Shown here piece after piece: positions 24,696-37,763 of a DNA stretch of 64,000 bases. Positions within the stretch are counted from its first letter, which is position 1. Each line of letters starts with the position of its first letter. Origin of the DNA: the human T2T-CHM13v2.0 reference genome, Homo sapiens; NCBI RefSeq assembly GCF_009914755.1, contig NC_060930.1. One strand, 5' to 3'. The translations under genes and the position numbers were made by a program. The notes beneath the pieces were generated by a model that was given only the letters and a program-made list of their open reading frames with translations, was not told where the DNA came from and made no database searches.

Positions 24696-26927
24696 TAATT
24701 AACTGACTAGCCCACATAGGAAGAACCTAAGAATCAGGGATTTCATCCACCCCCAGTCATAGACACTTTAGTAGCTACCAGCCTCAGAAGCAACAAATAG
24801 CTTGTAATTGAGAAATTGGGGATGGAGGACGTAGTCTTTAGGTTGCTCCTTTTATCTTGTTGTTGTTTAACTTTTTTTCTTGTTTTTTCTTTTTTTTTGG
24901 TCTTTCGTATGCTCATAGAAGACCCCTTCTTTTCCCAGGACAAATCATGCCTAATATAAATTAGTCAGGGTGATATCCATCCTCTTACCAGTGTCTGGCT
25001 GAGGTTTGCAAATGTGGCTCCAGTCCTGAGGCAGGAAATCTGTTTAGTGGCTTCTGGAAAACATTTTTTTAGGAGTAAGACTGAAAGATTAGAGATTTGT
25101 CTTAGAGTGGTAGAGGAAAATGTGCTCTTGATAGGAATAATAATCTATATCCCATTACTTTACATGTCTTTTTGGCAAAAGACATAAAACGTATGAACTC
25201 ATTTTACATGTCTATTAATACTGGTGTTAGACTCTTATAGGATCTCACTTTAGAATAAGATCTAATGTGTAGACCATCAAATAGGCAGTAGACGAATAAA
25301 TGAGTGAATGAGTGGGTGAGTGCTTTCCTATTGATCCCATGTAAATACCATGTTTAATTTCTATCAGTCTGAAAATATTGTTTGGCAGAATGTAAAAGGG
25401 AACCTTTTTTTAATAGTGCTTTTTCCTTTGGGATCTGTTTAGGCTTCCTCCATATTGACAATTGACTAAAAATCATTTGCAAACTTAAAACCAAAGTAAA
25501 ACAGCAGGTTAAGTGCAATGGTGTTTCTTTTTCCTGTCTGTAGGTTTATTTAGTTATATTCCAGCCAGCACTTGCAGGCACAGCTAACAACGCTGCACAG
25601 CAGGAACCATGCACTTGCTGCCTGAATTATCACAGAGACAAGGGGAGGCAGCTCTGTTTTGCAATGCTTCCTCATTTGCTGTAAAGATCAAAAAGAAGCA
25701 TGCAGCAATATCACACATTAAAGGCACAAAAAATGAGTAATTACGAGCTTTTGGCTTTCTATTGTCTTTGAGAATATGCACCTAAGATACTGAATATATA
25801 AAATATGGTGACTCGGTTAGCTATTCTTCACTCAGTTCAGTAAGGGGCAAGTGCTCATTACAACATCCCGTCTCCTCCAAAATGTACTAGGTATGCTGTA
25901 CAAAGATTTTACTATGTGCTTCTTTCCAAACTATTACACAACCTTGTCAGGTTTGTTTGTTTGTTTGTTTTCACATGTTCTCTTTGCTCTCTATCTCAAG
26001 GAATTTCATCTTTTCAGTGCACTGCCACAAACTTTTGGAGCACAAAAGCATGTAGAACAAGCACATTCAACCTGATCTCAGGCAGGCCCTCACTACCAAC
26101 ACCACACTGTCCTCCTGACATCACCTTCCCTGGGCTCCCTCAAAAACAGGTCTAAATACCTGCTTACAAATCATCAACAACACAGGGCCCACTACAGAGC
26201 GATTTACACAACACGCAACAGTCTGTTTCTTATTTCATTAGAGGTAAATAGGAGTTAGTTTCACTTTCCCAGCCAATCTGTAGTCACTCAATCAGTTACC
26301 AATATTTCATATTTAGCTGTGTAGCCTGTGGTTCAACTTTAAGTTATAGTGAATTATAGGACTTGAACATTGGGCTGGGGATTTGCCTTAAGTAGAGACA
26401 AGAATAGGCAAAGCTCAGGTGTGTGTGAGCAGTTTAAAAGCCTAGAAGATGTTTTAAACTGTGTGACTTCTCTTCTCCCTTGCACATCACTTACAAGAAA
26501 GACATTTTGATTTAGAGGAAAAGACTTAGAAGTAGTAACTAGGAAAAGGAGATCCAATTCTATATTGGCCACTTGTGTGAGTATGTTTAACTTACTTAAA
26601 GGTTCTGGGCCTCCCTTTCTTTCATTGTAGAATGAGGGTATCAGATATCTAAAGTCCCTTTCAGCTACAACCTTCGATCAAAGTAGCTGCGTCTTTTTGT
26701 CTCCATTTCTCCCAGGTTGTGTCTTGAGTTTTGGTATCTTCTTTTGGTCCTTTCCTTTACTCAAGGTTGCTCTTTAACTTGGAATCTCCTGCACATAAAT
26801 GTGAGAGAGATTGGGAAAGAGAAATAGAATCTCCAGAGAAACAGCCCTGTCTCCACACCAAACATTAATGTAAGATACAAAGAAATGTCTTTGCCTTTGT
26901 GATTTCCCTATTAAAAAATAGGACAAA

Positions 26928-26970
26928 ACACACACACACACACACGCGCACACACACACACACACACACA
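26928..26970. repeat. (CA)n microsatellite with CG interruption
   Basis: About 21 units. Confidence 0.96.
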
Positions 26971-28189
26971 AAGGCTTTCAATTTTGCTCTAGATTATTCT
27001 AATATTTTTCACAGATTTAGAGAGACCAGCAATATTTATAAGAGGTTTGGACTTTTTTCCTCTGAAAAAATCTAATAAAATACCCAAAGCCAATTTTATT
27101 TTTTCCCAGCAGCCTTTTATAAAACAGGGTCAGCACCTCACATGAGTACACATGCATAAACCAGGAAACAAACCACAAGTTTACACAGATATCTGGTGAT
27201 TTCCATGCTTTCCTGAGTTATTTGTTTAACTCAAATCACAACATGCAGTCATTTGGCTTTGTTTGACTTTATAATTATTGCAAATCTAAGAACTGGGTGC
27301 AAACACTTATGACAAAAATCCTCATTTTCTGTGGCTAATGTCAAAAGTTCTGTCCCCATTTCTCTGTCTAAATATACTTTTAAAGGTCTCTACCCAAATA
27401 GTTACATAGTTTCTGCATAACATAGACAACACTATCTTAAACTGCCAAAAGTATCTATGAAGAAATACTAAGTAAGTATCCAATCCAAATTCTCTAATAT
27501 TATCTCTAGTGCCTGTGGTAGTTGCTTTAAATTGTGCAGATGACCCAAAGAGTTATGTACACTAAACAGTTCAACAGTGACTTGTCAAACTGCCTGGCTA
27601 TGGACTCACTTGGCCTATCAAAGAAATAAAATTTTATGCTTTTTATTGCTGTCTCTGTCAGATTCCTCTTACAAACACACATCATTCTTGAGCACAACCT
27701 CTCAGAGTGTCTTGTGCACACCACTTTTGAGCAGCTGTACCCTGATCTTCACCTATGATCTCTCTATCTTAATAAATCCCCAAATATACATTGATAGCCT
27801 AGGACTATGGACCCACAACTATTCTAAGTGCAACGAATATATTTAAAAAATAAGATGCATTCCCATGCTGTAGGAAATCAGAATCTATTTGGGAAGAAAA
27901 AATTCACATATATGAAACAATTAAAGAGTGATAGTTAAAATAATATATAGCCAATCCTCAATTATGTAGTTCAAACAGTAAATGTGTTGAGAATTAAGAA
28001 ATGTGAGAGATCAATAAAGAGCTTTCAATAATCTTTTCATTGATCCTAAGGGATCCAAACTTGAGGTAGAGAAAAATTTCAATCTAGGTAGTTTTGTGTA
28101 TTATTTAATGGTAAATAACTGTCTGACTTATTCATCTAGGTCATGTGAAATAGAATATTCAAATTCCATGCTTTTCCTTTACAGACCAG

Positions 28190-28245
28190 CTTCTCTTTTC
28201 TTTTCCTCTTCGCTTCTTCTCTTCCTCCCTTTCTCCTTCTCTTTC
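28190..28245. repeat. Polypyrimidine (CT-rich) tract
   Basis: About 55 nt almost purely C/T. Confidence 0.8.
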
Positions 28246-29028
28246 AGCTGACAGAAATTTGTCTAAGAATAGCTTAGTAATTTTGCTAGGTTGGATAATA
28301 ACGGTAGCACATCCTTCCAGAAAAATAATTTTAAAACCTTAAATGCTTAACTTTTCTCATATTCAGATCACGTTTTACTTCATATACTTAAGGCTTTACT
28401 ATTGCATAAAGAACAAGTTTCATAGCAAAAGCATTTTGAGGCATCTGTACCATGAGGTCCATATGTGAAATGTTAACGAAGCAAGGCAGTTTGAAAAGCC
28501 ACATCTCTGGGAAATAGAAGGGCAGAGGAAAAGGTATCAGAGAGGGGAAAATAAAACAGCTTTAGATAAAAGATGAAGAGAGAGAAGATGGTGATTGAGA
28601 GCAAAGGTAGTACAAGAAAGCAATCTTTTACAAACAAATAAAAAACTAAGGATAACCTCCCAAATTGCACAACTTGGGATTGTGTAACTCCTTTAAGCTT
28701 AATTTATTTTATTCTGTTTGTTTCCCATTCTTATAAAAAATAATCATCATTATCAGCAAGAAGGCAGATTATTCTGTTTTCATTTGTTTATTTCACATTT
28801 TGTTTGTGTTTTGTTTTGGTTTTATGCTGAATGAAGGGAATGATATCCACTAGGACTCTGGCATAGAGCAGTTGGTTAAGAGCTGTGGTACATAAAATTA
28901 CTAAAAGTGTTTTCAATGTTAGAGAATAATTGAATGGAGATGAATATACATATGCATACACTCCTTAATGCCTTAATGTCAGTTAATTTCAAACACTTGC
29001 ATATCAAAGCCAAATAAAGTGGCAGATA

Positions 29029-29977
29029 TTTTTATTTCTTTTTTTTATTATACTTTAAGTTTTAGGGTACATGTACACAACATACAGGTTAGTTATATAT
29101 GTATACATGTGCCATGTTGGTGTGCTGCACCCATTAACTCATCATTTAACATGAGGTGTACCTCCTAATGCTCTCCCTCCCCACTCCCCCCACCCCACAA
29201 CAGGCCCCTGTGTGTGATGTTCCCCTTCCTGTGTCCATGTGTTCTCATTGTTCAGTTCCCACCCATGAGTGAGAACATGCGGTGTTTGGTTTTTTATCCT
29301 TGCGATAGTTTGCTCAGAATGATGGTTTCCAGCTTCATCCATGTCCCTAAAAAGGACATGAACTCATCATTTTTTATGGCTGCATAGTATTCCATGGTGC
29401 ATATGTGCCACATTTTCTTAATCCAGTCTATCGTTGTTGGACATTTGGGTTGGTTCCAAGTCTTTGCTAGTGTGAATAGTGCCACAATAAACATACATGT
29501 GCATGTGTCTTTATAGCAGCATGATTTATAATCCTTTGGGTATATACCTAGTAATGGGATGGCTGGGTCAAATGGTATTTCTAGTTCTAGATCCCTGAGG
29601 AATCGCCACACTGACTTCCACAATGGTTGAACTAGTTTACAGTCCCACCAACAGTGTAAAAGTGTTCCTATTTCTCCACATCCTCTCCAGCACCTGTTGT
29701 TTCCTGACTTTTTAATGATCACCATTCTAAGTGGTGTGAGATGGTATCTCATTGTGGTTTTGATTTGCATTTCTCTGATGGCCAGTGATGATGAGCATTT
29801 TTTCATGTGTCTTTTGGCTGCATAAATGTCTTCTTTTAAGAAGTGTCTGTTCATATCCTTTGCCCACTTTTTGATGGGTTGTTTGTTTTTTTCTTGTAAA
29901 TTTGTTTGAGTTTATTGTAGATACTGGATATTAGCCCTTTGTCAGATGAGTAGATTGCAAAAATTTTCTCCCATTCT
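29029..29977 (-). mobile_element. 5'-truncated L1PA (about L1PA3-4), ~950 bp
   Basis: 186-aa ORF at 29294-29854 is the ORF2 C-terminal cysteine-rich domain; 3'UTR and poly-T present; no clear TSD. Confidence 0.96.
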
Positions 29978-31718
29978 AAAGTCAAATACTGACTTTCTGT
30001 TGACACCACAATTACTTGTGCCATAAAGTGATGAGTGCTTTTGCCCTTCCCTCTCTTTGAAAGTTTCATTCCAGGTATAGAGAAGCAAAAAATCTGAGAA
30101 CTCTGCTTAATTATTTCTGTGTATTTACATTGAGTAATGAGTCATATTACCTTATGCCTGGAAACAGTAAAACCAGGTAAAATTTCATAGTGGGAGTCTA
30201 TTAGCACCTGAGAAATTTGAAATGGATATTCAAAACATGCTGTTAAAGAAAATAATAAAAATAAAACAAAATAAAAAATAAAAGCAGACTTGCTCTTTCA
30301 AAAGGAATGTGCCTACTGATAAATATAAAACAAACAATGAGGTATATCAGGTGGTCAGTGATTTAATATTTACCTTCACAATATCTGCTAATATATTAAA
30401 TCTCACCTAAAATTCAGTTTTAAGTAGCTCTTGGAACGGCTTGTATCTAGTAATCAATATGTATTTTTAATTATGTTGCCTTAGAAGAAAAAGTTAAGAA
30501 GGTTTTCTAAATACATGTTTAAAATACAGAAACTAGTCTTTGAAGAGAAGAAGCTTTCATGTATGTCGGAAGAAGTCTTATGAGCATTTCATTTGCAAGT
30601 TAAAATACAGATACCTATCTTACATTTCTATAGAAGAATCAAGGAGCCATCTGGGAAGCCACCTACATAAATGCTTTACACTGAAATATACCAAGAAAAA
30701 AAAGAATTGCAGAAGTTATAATGTTAGATATTTTTCTTTTCCATCATTTCTGCCATCAGCATCTGCTTAGGGAGAAAGCCTTTAACTAGGATTAAAAATA
30801 TCAAATGTTCTATTAGGTGACACTAAGTGTAATGGAATCTCAAGGTTGAATTAATTTTGTAACTTCCTTTATCACTTTGAAGATTACTATCTCAATAACT
30901 GGCATCAATAGTCAACACAAGAAGACTTGAATAATTGGTGATCAATCACGACAATTGGGTGACCTCATCCTTTCCAAGCCTTGGAAACGTAGAGATCTTA
31001 TTGAGAAAAAATAAATTGGAAAACACAGCTAGGTATGACTTTAATTTGCCTGTTTAAAAGTACAGTCCAACCTTGCATTTCAAATTTTCATTATACTATG
31101 CTAATAAGCACATGAGAATTTTATGGGCTTGATAGTTACTCATTTAGGAATGTTTGATATCACCGGAAAGTAATACATTTAACTACTAGTCAAATAACCT
31201 CATAAAATTCTCAGAGATAAGATTTCATAAAACTTGGACAGCAATAAGGGATGAAAAAAATTATCTTAATGACTTTCCAAGACAGGCATCATATTTCCAT
31301 GTGAAAGCTTCACATAGAAGATACTTTATATCAAAGAATCTAAATTAGGATGAGTGCATCTTGGAGCAGGAGCCCACCACTGAGGGGGACTTCAACAAAT
31401 TCTCTTCTCAAGACCAGCCCTCTATGAAAATAAAAATATTTACACATCTATTTAGTCAGTGACAAACAGAGAGGAAACCATCTGGCCATTTGAATCAGTG
31501 TAAATTGCCCAACCACTCTTGTGAAAAGAGAAAGCTAGTCAAATTAAATGCTTATTTTGTTTTGGAGCTAAACAATTGTCCTAAACTGTAATCATAAAAT
31601 CCACATTTGCAGTATCAAATAAACAAAAGCAAATCAGTGAAGAAAACTTGTTTTTGTGTAGTAATTGGCAGGAGGATTAGCATTTCAGTGGATCCGATTT
31701 CCTAAACCTCATCATTCC

Positions 31719-31983
31719 TGATAACAGCTTCAGCGGTGAGGTGACACACCAAAAAGCATAAATTATCTAAAGCTGGAGATAAGCAGAGGCCATTTGGGGG
31801 TTCTGAGTGCAATATAAATAGATGCAAAACAGTAGGAGAACCAGCCCATTCAAAATCTCCGAAGGATTAGCTATGTGAGCTCTAACTTCTTTGCTGTTGT
31901 TAGCTGTGATTTATCATCAGACAGTAAGGAAGACTCAGCCTTATCTGTGATAATTCAATGGATTAATGGCAGTACCTTTATCT
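31719..31983. promoter_or_regulatory. Cluster of seven WGATAA motifs (candidate GATA enhancer)
   Basis: Motifs at 31719, 31763, 31777, 31911, 31941, 31948 and 31978, in sequence with no recognisable repeat. Confidence 0.4.
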
Positions 31984-33014
31984 GGAGGTCATAATTAAGC
32001 TTGTTTGATCAGGCTGAGAACAAGCACCTATGCTGTGCTTTAGCCCTAACTATTGCTTTTGGTGTCAGGGTTATAACATAACAAGAACATCATTGGAAAT
32101 GGCATTAGTAATTTTGTTCAAGCAAGTTATTACTTATCTATAAAACAGAATCCCCTAGATGGTAGGAGAACAATATGTTCCAAATTTAGAAACTTATGTA
32201 TAATATTGAGTTTACGAATACTAGGTAGCTCAGGTGCTTGGACCTTCAACCAATTTGAATATAAAACTGAAAATAAAGAAATACTGTAACATTATTTTCT
32301 GCTAATAAAAATGAATGATAGTAAAAGGAAAATAAACATTTATTTTACCCTACGATTGAAACATCTTAACTAATGCCAGTATTTCTTCAAAAGTAGTAAA
32401 AATTATAGGCACTGATTGAAATAGATATAATAAATCCTCCTTAATCTGGAATTACTGGATGGAAATATTACTTAATATTAGGGAATATCTACTATTAAAT
32501 ATTTTTAATGAATTACATTTCATTACTTTAAAATCTCAACATCATTTGAACTGGTTATTATATATTTCTATAAGGAGGTCAGGTATAAATGTATCAAAAT
32601 TTGTTTGGATTTAGCAGTACCATATGATAGTAAATAAGGAGTAATGTCACAACACACAGGAGAGATTCTTCTTCAAGTTTTAAAGATATCACCTACGGTT
32701 ATTTTACACACAATGCTCCTTTCTTAAAAATGTGCACAGGTCAAATTTATCTAGGCTAAATATAATTAGCTACAAATTCTAAATTAAATTATTTTAAATT
32801 GATGATGTCTTTCAATATTTGATTTCACATTTTTGTCACTGCTGATTATTTTATGATATTAAATAAAAAACTTCTTTATAAAGTATTTTCACATAAAACT
32901 GATTTGTTTTGACAGGTACCTGGTCCTAACTCTCTTTATATGTAATATGAACTTATAAAAAATTTCTCTCCTGCCAATGTTTAACAAGCTTCTATATACC
33001 CACACACCCATGGC

Positions 33015-33230
33015 AAAGTCAGATGCTCTGAGTTCAAATCACAGTTCTCTCACAGTATGTAATCTTGGGCAAATTATTTAATCGCTGTAAAGTTTCTATT
33101 TCCTCTTCTGTAAAAGAAAGGTAATTGGAACATCTGATGGAAGTGTTCTGTGGCTTCAGTAAGAAAATTCAGGTGGGTATTTTGCACAATGCCTAGCACA
33201 TCATAATTCACAATGAATGATAATTCTTAA
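33015..33230 (+). mobile_element. MIR
   Basis: AAGTCAGA...GAGTTCAAATC...TGTAATCTTGGGCAAATTATTTAATC...TTTCCTCTTCTGTAAAA...GCACAATGCCTAGCACAT. Confidence 0.8.
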
Positions 33231-33970
33231 ATTAGTCCCCCGTCTCCTTCTCATATCCACCTAGCCAAGAACACGTGACTAATTTCTTTAAAAATAAGAC
33301 AATAAGAACTTAGGAAAACTAGATGTTAAGACTGAGCACATAGATGAGATAGTCAAGACGATAGTCAAAAGTAACAAATCAACTATACTATCTATTCTAC
33401 TGCTTAGTAACCTATTTCAAGCGCTTGAGGAGTTTTCCTTTGATGGTCACAGATATCCTATTTTTCCTGTCAATAATTATTTTTATAACCTTCTAGAGTA
33501 AATTATGTATATGAAATTTATATGTGCAGGATATGTTAATATACATGCATACATGTGGATAGAATTTAGCCTACTTTTTTAAACTAAATTTTATAGGGAA
33601 TTGTCCATGTTCTTAATGCAAAAGTTATTATTTATTATATATAATAGTTATATACACACATATATGTATGTGTGTATGTATGTTGTAGATATAAATCAGA
33701 GAAGTTGTTGGAATGATGTTATATGATTATTTGCTTTGAAAACTCCATTTTTGCCAGACTCCAAGTAAGAGTTCCAGTGTATAGTATCAGAGGGTTTAGT
33801 TATCTTTGTTCTTAGTAAAAAACTTAAGTGTCATAAATGTATGCCTTTTTTATGTACTCATTGTCAAACCTTGGGTACTGTACAAGATTGTGCTCCAGTG
33901 TTCCAAAGGTTCTAAAGAACCAAATAATCGCCTTCAGGAAGAGGCCTGATCTCTGAAGCAGGAGCCCAGT

Positions 33971-34319
33971 TGCCATTGACTGAATGCTTGTGTTTCCCCA
34001 AAATTTATATGTTGAAACCTAATCCCCAATGCAATTGTATTAGGAGATGGGCCTTGGGGAGACGAATAGGTCATGAGGGCTCCACTCTCATGAATGGGAT
34101 TAATACCTACATAAAAGTGGCCCAAGGGAGCTTATTTGACCCTTCAGCTCTGTGAGGACACATGGAAGGCGTCATCCATGCAGCAGAGAGTCCTCTCCAG
34201 ACACCCAATCTGGCAATTTGATCTTGGACTATTCAGGCTTTAGAACTGTGGGAAATAAATTTCTGCTTTTTATAAGCCACCCTACAGTTTTCTGTTATAC
34301 CAACCCAAATGGACTGACA
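33971..34319 (+). mobile_element. MLT1A0-like MaLR solo LTR
   Basis: GACTGAATGCTTGTGTTTCCCCAAAATTTATATGTTGAAACCTAATCCCCAATG ... GAACTGTGGGAAATAAATTTCTG ... AATGGACTGACA. Confidence 0.88.
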
Positions 34320-34959
34320 GCAGTGTCATCCACAAAGATAGAGAAAAATCCCCAATCTTTTCCAAGATCAGAAGTATTTTGTTAAGCATACTCTGATCAG
34401 TGTGATATTTCTATTTTCCATGTCACTCCTTAATTATTGACCACGACAATCATATAGAAACAAGAGTTGAGAATACACAGCCACCTTCTGGGTTATGCCT
34501 CTTTTTTTTGTCCCCCAAGACAGAGGCTGAGTCAGGAATTTTTGAAAACAAAAGGAAGCAGGAAAGAGGTGAAAGGGAGATTCAGCTTGGACTGTAATCA
34601 GTGTGTCAAGTATCACATTTATAAGTATAATTTTAAGGTCATCTCTTCTAACTGTCGGTCTAATAACCTGAATTTGGCTCTGCAAACCCTACCAAGTTAC
34701 TATGCAACATGTTCTTGAACACTTCCAGTGATGTGCAGCTTTCAATCAAGCAAAGAAAGTCTTTCTTTCTTTGGACACTATTGCTAAAAATTTTTCCAAT
34801 TTTTTTCTGCAACTTCCACTTATTAGTAGTGGTGTTCCTATAGGATTCACAATTTAATATTCTATCTAACATCCCTTTGAAAATTTGAAATTATATAGCA
34901 TATCACACATGATATTTCTTTGATCAAGCCTAAATCATAAGCACAGTTTTGAAAGTCCA

Positions 34960-35056
34960 TACCAAGTAAATCAGAATGCTGGGGAGCCAGACATTGGGAT
35001 AAGTTAAAGATCTGCAGGTGATTCCCATGTGCAGAAATGATTGAGAATCAGTGCCT
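34960..35056. mobile_element. MER5-family fragment
   Basis: AAATCAGAATGCTGGGGAGCCAG...CAGGTGATTCCCATGTGCAG...TTGAGAATCAGTGCC. Confidence 0.6.
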
Positions 35057-35059
35057 AAT

Positions 35060-36680
35060 AGTCTTGCCAACACAAAATAGCATCAGATTTTATTATTTTT
35101 GCTAATCTGATAGGTGAAAAATGATATTCCATTGGCTTTTTAAAATTAAGATGTCTAATTTAATATTAATTTTAAATTAATATTGTTAAATAATCTTAGA
35201 TAAATTATTAAAAATTAGTTTTAATTTTTAAAAATTTTCATGTTTATTGTCATTCTAATATTGTCTTCTGTGATTGCTTGTTCATTTAATTTCCCCATAT
35301 TTTTGGCTTACTTTTAAAAAATTTATTGGAAATTCTACATTTTATTGATGTTGATTCTTTGTATTATTTATATTACTAACATTTTCTAGTTGTTAATTTA
35401 AAATTTTTATTTTAAATGAACTGCTTTGTTTGTTACTGTAAAATAAATTCAAATTTTTTTTATTGCTTATGCTCTCATGGCTTGTTTTAAAAATCCTTCC
35501 CTATTTCTAAAGAAAATTCACTTCTTCATGGTGTTGTTGGCCAATTTATGAGCATAATATGATTCTCCATTTATCCAGCTCTTATATCGTGTCCTTTAAT
35601 AGAATGTTAAATTAGTTCTCAAACATTCATTGCACTTTGTCTGTTATATTATCTTTGGTTGTTGCTGGTATGGGGAGGTACTGCTGATTTGGGGCTACTT
35701 TTTTCAATCCAACAATCTTACTGAAGTCTATTATTGGTTTTAAAAGATTTTGTGTTTGTCCTTTGTGTTTTTTTAGATAAATTACCAAATGATCTGGAAA
35801 TAATGACAATGTTGTCTTTTCTATCCATACAGCTTATTATATTACTGTTGCCAGGACTTTTATAATATATTGTACAATACAGGCAACACCAATAATTCAT
35901 GCCCTCTTCCAAACTTTAAAGATGATATTCCTAAAGTTCCTCGTACATTTGCTTTAGGTTTTTGGGAGACAACTTCTATCAAGTTAAGGAATTTCCTATC
36001 TATTCTTGGTTTGTGTGAGCTTTTATCCTAAATAAGTGTTGAAGCTTTTCAAATGACTTTTCTGTGTGTATGTGAAAAAGTATGTGATTTTTTCCCCCAT
36101 TAATGTGATGGAAAATACTGAGTGATATTCTTTTATTTAACTGTCCTTACACTTTCAAGGTAAAATTTACTCAATTACGATGAATTCTTTTGTTAGTACC
36201 CTGAACTTTTTGATCAGCTAATGTTAATTAAACATTTTTTACCTATATTTATTTAAAATTTGCATATAATTTTGTTTTCCTAGTTTAAGGATTAAGGTAA
36301 TACTTACATAGTTAAATGAATTGGACACTTTGCCTAATTTAATACATTGATTTAATTTGCAGAAGTATGTTTGGAAAGAGAAATAGAATCGGTTCCTTGA
36401 CATTTTGATAGTATTTACCTGTTATACCCTCTAGGCCTAGAACTATTTGAAGAGAATGCCTTTTTATTACACTCAAATTTCTTTATTGGTTATCAATCTT
36501 TTCAAATTTCTTACTTTCTTTTGAACCAACTTGGGCGTTTCATTATTTGCCTCAAATTTACCCACATTTTCAAGTTTATTGATGTGTAATTGTACATAAT
36601 ATTCTTTATGATTTTATATATCTATTTTACCTAAGGTTATTTCTCCTTTTTATTTAATATTTGGTCTATTAAGTCTGTTT
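35060..36680 (-). mobile_element. Old L1M (L1ME-like) ORF2 fragments
   Basis: Decayed RT motifs on the minus strand (SLFPDHLVIYL, from LFADDMIVYL); TTTTTGCTAATCTGATAGGTGAAAAATG is typical of L1ME. Confidence 0.7.
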
Positions 36681-37591
36681 TATGAGGTGCTTAGCGTATT
36701 AAATCTGCTTCATGGGGCATTCCATAGAATTTTTAATGTCTTTTTCGTGATATTGACCTTCTTTGTGAGGCTGATGATTCTTGATTATAGGCTAATGTTC
36801 TGCAACAGTGTTATCCTATCTTGGCCTTTGGCCAACACATAAATGGCACACTAAGGAACAGATTCACTTTTAGGATACTGGAATTCCTAATTATTTTAGG
36901 ATAATATTTTAGGAATTATTTTAGGATATTGGAATTCCTTTGCTTTGGCAGCTAGTTCTCAGGAACCCTGCAAAAAAGAAACCAGCTTTCATATGTTTTC
37001 TCCAAAGCCTTTTAAGTGTCCAGCAGACACTTTACCTGCAATGAATAATATTAGCCTTGTCTGGCACGTCCTGAGTTGCTACTTGTCAAATAACCCTAGC
37101 GTGGATCCACTGGCCACTAGACATGAGCAATTCCTTCTCCTCTCTTTCCTTTAATGGTGTCAGTGGTTAAAAGTGGAGGCTAGGATCCTTGCTTGCAGCC
37201 AGGGAAAACTTGAGCACAGAATAGGACTTTACTTAGACCCTATCAAACCTGTTAGAAATCAATCAGAACCAAATTATCTGATACTGGCCAATGGATTCTG
37301 GACCAAAATGTCTAGCCTCAGTAACAATAGAGGCACCTTCTTACTTTTTTCTTTTTTCTTAATCAGTCTTCCAATAAGTGTTTAGGGCTTTTTTCTGGAA
37401 AATTCTTTTCTTTCTGATATGCTCATAAATCTTTTTTAAACTGATAAACCATTCATTCACAATTGCTAAATTACAATTTATTTTATAAACCCATTCCCTA
37501 AGACTGTGCTGCTCAGGTCATATTCCATTAAGTAGGACAAATTTAGGTGTTTACCTTTGCTACAGCATCCTAAAAATGCTTGCTAACTTTT

Positions 37592-37763
37592 TTTATTCTA
37601 CTTTAAGTTCTGGGGTACATGTGCAGAACGTGCAGGTTTGTTACATGGGTATACACATGCCATGGTGGTTTGCTGCACCCATCAAGCCGTCATCTGCATT
37701 AGGTATTTCTCCTAATGCTATCCCTCCTCCAGCCCCCCACCTTCCCAACAGAAAACAAAACAC
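37592..37763 (-). mobile_element. Tiny L1PA (about L1PA7-8) with 5' micro-inversion
   Basis: 3'UTR on the minus strand; plus-strand L1 piece at 37747-37766; 15-bp TSD TGCTTGCTAACTTTT at 37577-37591 and 37764-37778. Confidence 0.92.

Noticed and set aside
29294-29854. Longest ORF (186 aa) as a host gene
   Set aside because: It is the C-terminus of L1 ORF2p in a 5'-truncated, promoterless copy.
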